A stretch of DNA of 64,000 nt, taken from contig OZ024746.1 in NCBI GenBank assembly GCA_964016885.1, positions 60,946,001 through 61,010,000 of the forward strand, written 5' to 3'. The notes below the pieces were generated by a model. It made no database searches. It saw only the letters and a list, made by a program, of their open reading frames with translations, and had not been told where the DNA came from. This document shows positions 1 to 12,531 of this stretch, piece after piece. The translations under genes and the position numbers were made by a program. Origin of the DNA: Eledone cirrhosa (Eukaryota). Position 1 is the stretch's first letter, and each line of letters starts with the position of its first letter.

Positions 1-3000
1 TTAACTGTAAGGCAGAGTTAACCTGGTCACTGAAGTCTATTTAATAGTATATACTTTATTACAAACATCTCATGTTAACTGTAAGGCAGAGTTAACCTGG
101 TCACTGAAGTCTATTTAATAGTATATACTTTATTACAAACATCTCATGTTAACTGTAAGGCAGAATTAACCTGGTCACTGAAGTCTATTTAATAGTATAT
201 ACTTTATTACAAACATCTCATGTTAACTGTAAGGCAGAATTAACCTGGTCACTGAAGTCTATTTAATAGTATATACTTTATTACAAACATCTCATGTTAA
301 CTGTAAGGCAGAGTTAACCTGGTCACTGAAGTCTATTTAATAGTATATACTTTATTACAAACATATCATGTTAACTGTAAGGCAGAGTTAACCTGGTCAC
401 TGAAGTCTATTTAATAGTATATACTTTATTACAAACATCTCATGTTAACTGTAAGGCAGAATTAACCTGGTCACTGAAGTCTATTTAATAGTATATACTT
501 TATTACAAACATATCATGTTAACTGTAAGGCAGAGTTAACCTGGTCACTGAAGTCTATTTAATAGTATATACTTTATTACAAACATCTCATGTTAACTGT
601 AAGGCAGAATTAACCTGGTCACTGAAGTCTATTTAATAGTATATACTTTATTACAAACATCTCATGTTAACTGTAAGGCAGAGTTAACCTGGTCACTGAA
701 GTCTATTTAATAGTATATACTTTATTACAAACATCTCATGTTAACTGTAAGGCAGAGTTAACCTGGTCACTGAAGTCTATTTAATAGTATATACTTTATT
801 ACAAACATCTCATGTTAACTGTAAGGCAGAGTTAACCTGGCCACTGAAGTCTATTTAATAGTATATACTTTATTACAAACATATCATGTTAACTGTAAGG
901 CAGAGTTAACCTGGTCACTGAAGACTATTTAATAGTATATACTTTATTACAAACATCTCATGTTAACTGTAAGGCAGAATTAACCTGGTCACTGAAGTCT
1001 ATTTAATAGTATATACTTTATTACAAACATATCATGTTAACTGTAAGGCAGAGTTAACCTGGTCACTGAAGTCTATTTAATAGTATATACTTTATTACAA
1101 ACATCTCATGTTAACTGTAAGGCAGAATTAACCTGGTCACTGAAGTCTATTTAATAGTATATACTTTATTACAAACATCTCATGTTAACTGTAAGGCAGA
1201 GTTAACCTGGTCACTGAAGTCTATTTAATAGTATATACTTTATTACAAACATCTCATGTTAACTGTAAGGCAGAGTTAACCTGGTCACTGAAGTCTATTT
1301 AATAGTATATACTTTATTACAAACATCTCATGTTAACTGTAAGGCAGAGTTAACCTGGCCACTGAAGTCTATTTAATAGTATATACTTTATTACAAACAT
1401 ATCATGTTAACTGTAAGGCAGAGTTAACCTGGTCACTGAAGACTATTTAATAGTATATACTTTATTACAAACATCTCATGTTAACTGTAAGGCAGAATTA
1501 ACCTGGTCACTGAAGTCTATTTAATAGTATATACTTTATTACAAACATATCATGTTAACTGTAAGGCAGAGTTAACCTGGTCACTGAAGTCTATTTAATA
1601 GTATATACTTTATTACAAACATCTCATGTTAACTGTAAGGCAGAATTAACCTGGTCACTGAAGTCTATTTAATAGTATATACTTTATTACAAACATATCA
1701 TGTTAACTGTAAGGCAGAGTTAACCTGGTCACTGAAGTCTATTTAATAGTATATACTTTATTACAAACATCTCATGTTAACTGTAAGGCAGAATTAACCT
1801 GGTCACTGAAGTCTATTTAATAGTATATACTTTATTACAAACATCTCATGTTAACTGTAAGGCAGAGTTAACCTGGTCACTGAAGTCTATTTAATAGTAT
1901 ATACTTTATTACAAACATCTCATGTTAACTGTAAGGCAGAGTTAACCTGGTCACTGAAGTCTATTTAATAGTATATACTTTATTACAAACATCTCATGTT
2001 AACTGTAAGGCAGAGTTAACCTGGTCACTGAAGTCTATTTAATAGTATATACTTTATTACAAACATCTCATGTTAACTGTAAGGCAGAGTTAACCTGGCC
2101 ACTGAAGTCTATTTAATAGTATATACTTTATTACAAACATCTCATGTTAACTGTAAGGCAGAGTTAACCTGGCCACTGAAGTCTATTTAATAGTATTTAC
2201 TTTACTACAAACATCTCATGTTAACTGTAAGGCAGAGTTAACCTGGTCACTGAAGTCTATTTAATAGTATATACTTTATTACAAACATATCATGTTAACT
2301 GTAAGGCAGAGTTAACCTGGCCACTGAAGTCTATTTAATAGTATATACTTTATTACAAACATCTCATGTTAACTGTAAGGCAGAATTAACCTGGTCACTG
2401 AAGTCTATTTAATAGTATATACTTTATTACAAACATATCATGTTAACTGTAAGGCAGAATTAACCTGGTCACTGAAGTCTATTTAATAGTATATACTTTA
2501 TTACAAACATCTCATGTTAACTGTAAGGCAGAATTAACCTGGTCACTGAAGTCTATTTAATAGTATATACTTTATTACAAACATCTCATGTTAACTGTAA
2601 GGCAGAGTTAACCTGGTCACTGAAGTCTATTTAATAGTATATACTTTATTACAAACATATCATGTTAACTGTAAGGCAGAATTAACCTGGTCACTGAAGT
2701 CTATTTAATAGTATATACTTTATTACAAACATATCATGTTAACTGTAAGGCAGAGTTAACCTGGTCACTGAAGTCTATTTAATAGTATATACTTTATTAC
2801 AAACATATGTTAACTGTAAGGCAGAGTTAACCTGGTCACTGAAATCTATTTAATAGTATATACTTTATTACAAACATATCATGTTAACTGTAAGGCAGAG
2901 TTAACCTGGCCACTGAAGTCTATTTAATAGTATATACTTTATTACAAACATATCATGTTAACTGTAAGGCAGAGTTAACCTGGCCACTGAAGTCTATTTA

Positions 3001-3394
3001 ATAGTATATACTTTATTACAAACATCTCATGTTAACTGTAAGGCAGAGTTAACCTGGTCACTGAAGTCTATTTAATAGTATATACTTTATTACAAACATC
3101 TCATGTTAACTGTAAGGCAGAGTTAACCTGGTCACTGAAGTCTATTTAATAGTATATACTTTATTACAAACATCTCATGTTAACTGTAAGGCAGAATTAA
3201 CCTGGTCACTGAAGTCTATTTAATAGTATATACTTTATTACAAACATCTCATGTTAACTGTAAGGCAGAATTAACCTGGTCACTGAAGTCTATTTAATAG
3301 TATATACTTTATTACAAACATCTCATGTTAACTGTAAGGCAGAGTTAACCTGGTCACTGAAGTCTATTTAATAGTATATACTTTATTACAAACA
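1..3394. repeat. 74-bp tandem satellite, left block (runs off the window edge)
   Basis: Unit TTAACTGTAAGGCAGAGTTAACCTGGTCACTGAAGTCTATTTAATAGTATATACTTTATTACAAACATCTCATG repeated about 46 times with a few recurrent SNPs. Confidence 0.98.
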
Positions 3395-3622
3395 TTTAGC
3401 AGTATTAGTTGTAGATGTTATCGAGATGCAAGTGACATAATAACAGCAGAAATTAGAGATGAAATATACGTTTATTTTTTGTTGTAGCACAAACAATGGT
3501 GTTGTACAGAGGCTGGTATCTGGCGTGTGATCCGTCGGCTTTCCAGTGGCTGTCTGTCTTTTCTTTCTCTGGCGTTCTCAACCGGCGTTGTTCTATCAAG
3601 GAGCGTGAGTCGTCTTACTACA
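3395..3622 (-). repeat. 3' LTR
   Basis: Direct repeat of 8682-8909; differs at 3610 (T) versus 8897 (G). Confidence 0.95.
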
Positions 3623-3850
3623 GTACCTCGAGCCAGATTTTCAAATTATCGAAAATCGATGTCATTACTCACATGTGGAGTAAGATGGCGAACAATGCAA
3701 CAAGGGGGAGCTATCCGCTCTAGCAAAAATTGAATCCAGAATAAGGATTTGAAAAATGATAAAAAAAAACGACATGCATGCATAAAAAAAACAAGGCAAA
3801 GGAAAAGCGGAAACACAGAGGCAAAAAAAAAAAAATGTGCAGCTAACAGT

Positions 3851-6800
3851 CTAAATATAGACGGTGCTGCAAAGTTTTTTGGGCCAGTGGACCCTACGAC
3901 CTGAACGGGTCGTGGTCTTGTAACGTGGCGATGGTGGTGGTGTAGGGACAGGCGATGATGGTGGATCAGGAACAGTCGTTCGCTCAACAGGCAAATACGA
4001 AGGGGTTCGTGGATCAGGGACCATAGCGTCCGTATCAAGGTGCGCCTGCTTAAGCCTGTCTAATGTAACTGTCACCCTGGACCCCTTAATATCTAACGTG
4101 AAATGCTTAGCCGAGCGCGCTAAGACACGGTAAGGTCCAGTGTAAGGCTGTGTGAGCGGGGGCTTCACCGTATCATTCCTTACAAAGACATGCGTCCACG
4201 AGGCAATATCCCTCGGGACAGCAGTCTTGACAGATTGTTTCCTAATGTCCATTGGCGGTAAATCCTGGAAATAGGAGCGCAAACGGGACACGTAGGAAGC
4301 GTGATCTTGGGCATCAAGATCGATAGGGGCAAGCATTTGCCCGGGCAACGTCAGAGGGGCACCGTACAGTACTTCGGCCGGTGAAAATCCAAAGTCGACC
4401 TTCACCGTTGACCGAATCCCTAGTAGCACAATAGGGAGGTACTCGCTCCAATGCGCCGAGTCCATTGAGGCCATGAAGGAGGCCTTCAGTTGGCGGTGAA
4501 AATGCTCCACCATACCATTCGAAGCGGGATGGTATGCCGTAGTTCGAATGCGTTTAGCACCAATTATTTTTGACAGCTCGAGGAAAAGGCTCGACTCGAA
4601 CTGTGGTCCACGGTCGGTAGTTATTGTGGATGGAACTCCATAACGAGAGATCCATCCAGACACAAGAGCACGTGCTGTTGTCTCGGCGGTGATGTTTTTC
4701 AAGGGGATGGCCTCAGGCCATCTCGAAAAACGGTCAATGACGGTAAGTAGATAAGAAAAACCATCGCTGACAGGCCAAGGTCCCACTATGTCAATATGAA
4801 TATGCGAAAAACGCGCATCTGGGTTAGCAAAGGTACCCAGGGGAGCCTTGACGTGTCGATGGACCTTTGATTTCTGGCAAGCGACGCAGGAACGGCACCA
4901 AGCAGCAATTTCACGCCTCATATTTGGCCAGAAAAATCTAGCTGATATGAGCTTTGCTGTGGCAGAAGATCCTGGATGCGAGATACAATGTAATCCCAGA
5001 AACACGGTCCGACGATGATTCTCTGGAACGAAGGGCCTAGGCACGTCCAAAGAGACGTCGCAGAGAATTTGGCCAACTGCAGTCGACAGAGGCAAGTATT
5101 TCATCTCGCAATTCACAAACTCGGGCGATGTGACATCCAGTGACTCAAGGGGAGGCTGATCCGCAGCCAAACGAGTCAGATCTATGTCAGAGGGTGACGA
5201 GATCGCTGTCACGGGTAAGCGGGACAAAGCATCGGCCGCTGTATTTAGTGAACCCGGAATGTGCTGGATATCACTCGTATATTGCGAGATGAAATCAAGG
5301 TGTCTCGTCTCTCTGGGCGAGTATTTATCAGCCTTCGCTCTCAAAGCAAAAGTCAATGGTTTATGGTCAGTGAGGATAGTAAATTGTCTACCCTCTAGCA
5401 CATGTGAAAAATGTTTCACGGCCAAATAGATGGCTAAAAGCTCTCTTCCAAAGGTGCTGTAGCGCGTCTCAGCAGGATTTAGCTTTTTGGAAAAAAACTC
5501 CAGCGGTTGCTGGTAACCATTGATGTTTTGCTGTAGTACTGCGCCCACAGCGATATCCGATGCATCAACACAAAGCGTTAGCTTTGCACCGGGTACCGGG
5601 TGAGTCAGTAACGAAGCATTAGCCAAAACAGTTTTGGCGTGCTGAAAATCAGCAAGTTGAGTGTCTGTCAAAGAAATATCTTTGTTCTTCCTCCGACAAT
5701 TTTTCAAAATTTATGTCAGGGAGAAAAGCAACTTGGCACAATTTGGCACGAAACGCCTATAAAAGTTAACCAGACCTAAGAACTGGCGTAACTGACGTAG
5801 TGAGGTCGGTGGAGGCAAATCCTCTATGACCTTAACTCGCTCAGGCCGGGGTCGAATTCCGTCAGCATCGATGACGTGACCCAAGAAAGTCAGTGACTCA
5901 GCGCCAAAAACACATTTGGGTGCATTAAGCTGCACGTTATACGCCTTCAATCGGCGGAAAAGAAGATTCAAATGGTGCGTATGCTGCTTTGGAGAAGAAC
6001 TAGCAATGAGCAGATCGTCAATATAGGTATAGACGAAATCGAGGCCGCGAGTAACCTCATCCATAAACCGCTGAAAAGTACTAGCGGCATTCCTTAATCC
6101 GAACGGCATAGTCAAAAACTCGAAAGACCCAAATGGCGTAACTATAGCCGTTTTTGGAATGTCATTTTTATGGACAGGAATTTGATGGTACGCACGAATT
6201 AAATCCAGTTTGGAGAATATCTTGCATCCCTGCAACGAAGACGCAAAGTCTTGCAGATGAGGGATAGGATAACGGTCCGGTACCGTTATCGAATTCAGGC
6301 GTCGATAATCTCCAGTAGGTCTCCAATCGCCATTCGCTTTCGGTACCATGTGCAATGGGGACGCCCACGGGCTCGTGGACGGACGAATAATCCCCATTTG
6401 CAGCATATGATCAAATTCTGATCGTGCTGCTTTGAGTTTGTCCGGAGGCAAGCGACGAGGGCGAGAGAAAACGGGAGCACCAGTTGTAGATATGAAGTGC
6501 TCCGTGGTATGAGTAGGTTCATCAAATCGAAAATTTCCCCAAGTCAGTTGCGGGAACGAGTTCAACAACGCATGGAAAGGATCACCGGTGTTAGCAAGAA
6601 AAAATGTCGGGCTAACCGTTGGAACTCCTGCTGCCTTGCCAACAACAGTTAATCCCGTGATGCCATCAATTAGGCGTTTACCACGAAGGTCCACCGTCAA
6701 TGAAAAATGGTGGAGAAAATCCGCGCCTAGAATCGGATACGGCAAGGCAGCGACAGTAAATATCCATTTAAACTCGCGCCGCAGATTACGAAACTGCAAA

Positions 6801-7045
6801 GGTAACGAGATTTGTCCGAAAGTTCGAATCGGCGAACAATTTACTGCCTGCAACTCAATAGGCGTCTCAGGGGGAGTCTCCTTCATACAACACACAGGCC
6901 ATACGGAACAAGCTGCACCTGTGTCAACCAGAAAAGCTCTACCTGACAGCAGGTCCTCAATGAAAAAGTGGCGGTTAGATGTTGTTTCGCAGAGCGCACT
7001 ATCCGCCGTTAGTGACTCTGGTCGTCTTTTCCCTCGTAAGCACAA
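3851..7045 (-). pseudogene. pol: pol (protease, RT, RNase H, integrase) with one in-frame stop
   Basis: FLVDTGA protease, YIDD RT, DAS..TDH RNase H, HHCC zinc finger, DDE core and GPY motif; ORFs 5711-7045 and 3851-5707 are in the same frame, separated by TAA at 5711-5713. Confidence 0.93.
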
Positions 7046-7787
7046 GGAGGCCTACAACGGGCGGCTTTTTTACCATATCTTTCATGGTAATAACAATATG
7101 TTGTTCCTGGTGTGTTGGAAGGGCTACGGTGGCGAGAAGTTGAATAACGTCGTGAGCGGCTCCTCTGCCGTCCAAAGGACCTGAATTCCGTGCACAACTC
7201 CGCCATTTGACGAGTCATGGCTTCCATAGTTGTGATTAATTTGTCATCAGACGCTGATGAGCGTGATTGAGGAAGAGAAGAGGAAGCAACGTACTTTGGC
7301 TTCGAAGTGTCTCTCTTCGTCACATCTACAATTTTGTCAGCAGAGACAGCAATGTGATCCAGGGTATTCACCTCTAGCATATGGGCTAGGATCGCCTGTA
7401 CCTCTTGAGGTAGGCGAGAGAAGAACAATTGCTTCAGGAAAGGGCTATCCTGATCTTGGGAATCGCTCAAATCCCGCAAATGCCGGAGAAAAGCGGTAGG
7501 GGTCCTGTCACCTAATCGTTCGTCCTCGATCAGTGACCGAAAAACGACTCTCTACCGACTTACAATTCCTCCTCAAAATCTCGCCCTTCAAAAACTCATA
7601 CGTCAAGTCAGAGGGGGGGGTCTGTAATTAGGTCTTGGACCGAATCTGCTAGATTAGGGGGAAGGCCGCTAATCAGTACAGCGAGGCGCTGGTCAGATTC
7701 GGTCTTACAGACCGTAAAATACGCCTGTAACTGGGCAAACCACATCTTAGGTTTTCCAGTAAAGGCGGACAAATGTGGTACATTCAT
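7009..7787 (-). pseudogene. gag: gag with homopolymer frameshifts
   Basis: ATG at 7787 gives MNVPHLSAFTGKPKMWFAQLQAYF; then LGDRTPTAFLRHL and C-terminal [18 protein letters not shown] (CHCC); frameshifts near 7540-7620 fall in G/T runs. Confidence 0.85.
7027..7033 (-). promoter_or_regulatory. Putative -1 ribosomal frameshift heptamer G GGA AAA in the gag/pol overlap
   Basis: X XXY YYZ heptamer in the gag frame (GAG GGA AAA); a -1 slip enters the pol frame (GGG AAA AGA). Confidence 0.7.
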
Positions 7788-8667
7788 GTCAACTTTTAAA
7801 ATTAAAACAAATATATATACATATATATCGAAAGAGCAATTAATGCACCCTTGTACAGTGAAAAGAGAACAGCCAATATTGAGAAAAAGTTAAAGGGCAA
7901 AAAGAAACAGACATTCAAAACATAAGGAAATATTCAAAATACATAAAATACAGATATATATCTTTTAAAAAAAAATTTTTCCTTCAACGTCTGTCCCCTC
8001 GCGTTGCCTCAACGAACCAGCCAAATCAAATAAGGTAAAAAAAAAGAGGAAGAAAAAAAATGTTTTTTTTTAAAAAAATATATCCGCGTTGGATATCAAC
8101 AAATGTAGCCAGTGGCTAAAAATCCCTTAGAAAAAGGTAAGGCATGTATATCCCCATGCGGGGCAGTTATGTTCACAAAAAAAAGTTTAGTCTCTTCTCT
8201 CTTGATCAGTCATGGAACACATACGCAATTCAAAATATGTGTCCGTTACAAAACTGGGAAGGAACGCAACGCCACCTTGGAAAAATACACTTTTTTCTTT
8301 TTTCTTCTGTAAGTTGCGAAAAAGTTGGCAACGGAAATGGAATATGCAAGTGAATAAAAAAAAAAGTCGCTCTAAATTATCGACACGAATGAATCGTTTT
8401 GATATTTCCGATGTGTGGTGGTCTGCGCCGGTAGGGCTATGAAGCTGCCACTCACTATTCCCTGTTTTGGTCAGTGGTTAAACAATGTTGTCGCTGATGC
8501 TGCTGTCGTTGTTGTTCTCGAGTGTAGCAAAAAGTTTATGAAATACTACTAATTTTTCGATAATTTTAAAAGGATTATTTTTTATTTTCGCAAGATGCGA
8601 AAAAAAGGGCCGACAATGTGGCAATAAAAGGACAATTGATGAAAAAGAAGGGCTGCGTTAAATTCTT

Positions 8668-8680
8668 ACGTCGGTCACCA
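8668..8680 (-). promoter_or_regulatory. Primer-binding site, tRNA-Trp-like
   Basis: TGGTGACCGACGT lies 1 nt inside the 5' LTR and matches the tRNA-Trp 3' end complement TGGTGACCCCGACGT with a 2-nt gap. Confidence 0.75.
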
Positions 8681-8681
8681 C

Positions 8682-8909
8682 TTTAGCAGTATTAGTTGTA
8701 GATGTTATCGAGATGCAAGTGACATAATAACAGCAGAAATTAGAGATGAAATATACGTTTATTTTTTGTTGTAGCACAAACAATGGTGTTGTACAGAGGC
8801 TGGTATCTGGCGTGTGATCCGTCGGCTTTCCAGTGGCTGTCTGTCTTTTCTTTCTCTGGCGTTCTCAACCGGCGTTGTTCTATCAAGGAGCGTGAGGCGT
8901 CTTACTACA
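8682..8909 (-). repeat. 5' LTR
   Basis: Begins TGTAGTAAG and ends CTGCTAAA on the minus strand; followed by the PBS. Confidence 0.95.
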
Positions 8910-11515
8910 AACATATCATGTTAACTGTAAGGCAGAGTTAACCTGGTCACTGAAGTCTATTTAATAGTATATACTTTATTACAAACATCTCATGTTAACT
9001 GTAAGGCAGAATTAACCTGGTCACTGAAGTCTATTTAATAGTATATACTTTATTACAAACATATCATGTTAACTGTAAGGCAGAATTAACCTGGTCACTG
9101 AAGTCTATTTAATAGTATATACTTTATTACAAACATCTCATGTTAACTGTAAGGCAGAATTAACCTGGTCACTGAAGTCTATTTAATAGTATATACTTTA
9201 TTACAAACATCTCATGTTAACTGTAAGGCAGAGTTAACCTGGTCACTGAAGTCTATTTAATAGTATATACTTTATTACAAACATCTCATGTTAACTGTAA
9301 GGCAGAATTAATCTGGTCACTGAAGTCTATTTAATAGTATATACTTTATTACAAACATCTCATGTTAACTGTAAGGCAGAGTTAACCTGGCCACTGAAGT
9401 CTATTTAATAGTATATACTTTATTACAAACATCTCATGTTAACTGTAAGGCAGAATTAATCTGGTCACTGAAGTCTATTTAATAGTATATACTTTATTAC
9501 AAACATCTCATGTTAACTGTAAGGCAGAGTTAACCTGGCCACTGAAGTCTATTTAATACTATATACTTTATTACACACATATCATGTTAACTGTAAGGCA
9601 GAGTTAACCTGGCCACTGAAGTCTATTTAATACTATATACTTTATTACAAACATATCATGTTAACTGTAAGGCAGAGTTAACCTGGCCACTGAAGTCTAT
9701 TTAATACTATATACTTTATTACAAACATCTCATGTTAACTGTAAGGCAGAGTTAACCTGGCCACTGAAGTCTATTTAATAGTATATACTTTATTACAAAC
9801 ATCTCATGTTAACTGTAAGGCTGAGTTAACCTGGCCACTGAAGTCTATTTAATAGTATATACTTTATTACAAACATCTCATGTTAACTGTAAGGCAGAAT
9901 TAACCTGGTCACTGAAGTCTATTTAATAGTATATACTTTATTACAAACATCTCATGTTAACTGTAAGGCAGAATTAATCTGGTCACTGAAGTCTATTTAA
10001 TAGTATATACTTTATTACAAACATCTCATGTTAACTGTAAGGCAGAGTTAACCTGGCCACTGAAGTCTATTTAATAGTATATACTTTATTACAAACATCT
10101 CATGTTAACTGTAAGGCAGAGTTAATCTGGTCACTGAAGTCTATTTAATAGTATATACTTTATTACAAACATATCATGTTAACTGTAAGGCAGAGTTAAC
10201 CTGGTCACTGAAGTCTATTTAATAGTATATACTTTATTACAAACATCTCATGTTAACTGTAAGGCAGAGTTAACCTGGTCACTGAAGTCTATTTAATAGT
10301 ATATACTTTATTACAAACATCTCATGTTAACTGTAAGGCAGAGTTAACCTGGTCACTGAAGTCTATTTAATAGTATATACTTTATTACAAACATCTCATG
10401 TTAACTGTAAGGCAGAATTAACCTGGTCACTGAAGTCTATTTAATAGTATATACTTTATTACAAACATATCATGTTAACTGTAAGGCAGAGTTAACCTGG
10501 TCACTGAAGTCTATTTAATAGTATATACTTTATTACAAACATCTCATGTTAACTGTAAGGCAGAGTTAACCTGGTCACTGAAGTCTATTTAATAGTACAT
10601 ACTTTATTACAAACATCTCATGTTAACTGTAAGGCAGAGTTAACCTGGTCACTGAAGTCTATTTAATAGTATATACTTTATTACAAACATCTCATGTTAA
10701 CTGTAAGGCAGAATTAACCTGGTCACTGAAGTCTATTTAATAGTATATACTTTATTACAAACATATCATGTTAACTGTAAGGCAGAGTTAACCTGGTCAC
10801 TGAAGTCTATTTAATAGTATATACTTTATTACAAACATCTCATGTTAACTGTAAGGCAGAGTTAACCTGGTCACTGAAGTCTATTTAATAGTATATACTT
10901 TATTACAAACATCTCATGTTAACTGTAAGGTAGAGTTAACCTGGTCACTGAAGTCTATTTGATAGTATATACTTTATTACAAACATCTCATGTTAACTGT
11001 AAGGCAGAGTTAACCTGGTCACTGAAGTCTATTTAATAGTATATACTTTATTACAAACATATCATGTTAACTGTAAGGCAGAGTTAACCTGGTCACTGAA
11101 GTCTATTTAATAGTATATACTTTATTACAAACATCTCATGTTAACTGTAAGGCAGAATTAACCTGGCCACTGAAGTCTATTTAATAGTATATACTTTATT
11201 ACAAACATCTCACGTTAACTGTAAGGCAGAATTAACCTGGTCACTGAAGTCTATTTAATAGTATATACTTTATTACAAACATATCATGTTAACTGTAAGG
11301 CAGAGTTAATCTGGTCACTGAAGTCTATTTAATAGTATATACTTTATTACAAACATATCATGTTAACTGTAAGGCAGAGTTAACCTGGTCACTGAAGTCT
11401 ATTTAATAGTATATACTTTATTACAAACATCTCATGTTAACTGTAAGGCAGAGTTAATCTGGTCACTGAAGTCTATTTAATAGTATATACTTTATTACAA
11501 ACATCTCATCTTAAC
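8910..11515. repeat. 74-bp tandem satellite, right block
   Basis: Same unit as 1-3394, resuming in register after the TSD; about 35 copies. Confidence 0.98.
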
Positions 11516-11865
11516 AACTGTACAAATGAAGATCTTTTGATGTTCAACTGAAAATCAAGTGCAGTATGTCGTTTAGACATCTTTTGAAAGAGTGAAAAAG
11601 AACTAAAACAAAAACATTTAACCGGACAGTTATTTAAACATAATGTTCAATAGGTTCATTGGAACAAACTAGATTTAACGTCATGACCTCAGAATACTAC
11701 TGTTAGTGTTGGTGAATGTGTGAGTGTGTGAGTGTGTGAGTGTGTGTGTGTGTTTGTGTGTGTGCTTATATATTGATATAGAAATATAGAAAGAGGGAGA
11801 AAAAGAGATAGATAGAGAGGAGGAGATAGAGAGAAAGAGTGAGAGAGTATGTGTTGAGAGAGAGT

Positions 11866-11922
<57 letters not shown>

Positions 11923-12099
11923 AGAGAAGACATGTTTATAACAGGATATATTCTCTTTCATCAACGAAATTCAGTATGTCGTCAAAGTAAAAAAACTTAA
12001 CTATGACAAAATAACAAAAACAAGAACAAGAGCAAGAAGAACAACAACAACGTACACACATTTATAAGGAGAATTGCCAAAGGAAGAAGAAGTCATACA

Positions 12100-12450
12100 T
12101 ATTGAAATGTTTAAAGTTTGTAATAACATTTCATGACACACCTTGAACTTGTAACCGAAAATCAAATCGAATCTAGAAAAATACTGGCTTTCATGAAACC
12201 TAATGCACTCTAAGATTTCGTTGATTGAAGTTATTTTCTAATGATTTACGTAACTAAATCAGCGCGGGACCAAGGACGTCTTTCTAGTAGATTTGAAACT
12301 CTTTTCCTCTTCCTGTGTTAGTACTAATTATTACTAACGAAATGATATTACACTCGCTAGCTTCACCCATCTCAAATGTCAAGGCTCTTCCAGTTTATGA
12401 CTATTTTCTGTTGGTTAAGGAAGCTTATAGTGTTATCGCTCACTGTACTA
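12100..12450 (-). pseudogene. Decayed LRR-coding relic
   Basis: Minus-strand translations VSDNTISFL (12417-12443), NWKSLDI*D (12375-12395), NLRVH*VS (12194-12217) and LQTLNIS (12103-12123) resemble LxxLxLxxN. Confidence 0.4.
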
Positions 12451-12531
12451 CTCATATGCGTGAGTGTGTGTTGCTGTGTGTGTGTCTGTGTCTGTATAAT
12501 TTATTCTATATAACCAAATATATAACCAAAC

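Larger units (their letters stand above)
3395..8909 (-). mobile_element. Full-length Ty3/Gypsy LTR retrotransposon, CsRn1-like clade
   Basis: Two 228-bp LTRs with one visible mismatch; AACA target-site duplication (3391-3394 and 8910-8913); tRNA-Trp-like PBS; CHCC Gag motif; PR-RT-RH-IN domain order. Confidence 0.96.

Noticed and set aside
1-11515. CRISPR-like array or stacked poly(A) signals in the 74-bp repeat
   Set aside because: There are no unique spacers and no cas genes; AATAAA on the minus strand is expected in an AT-rich unit and no intact upstream gene is visible
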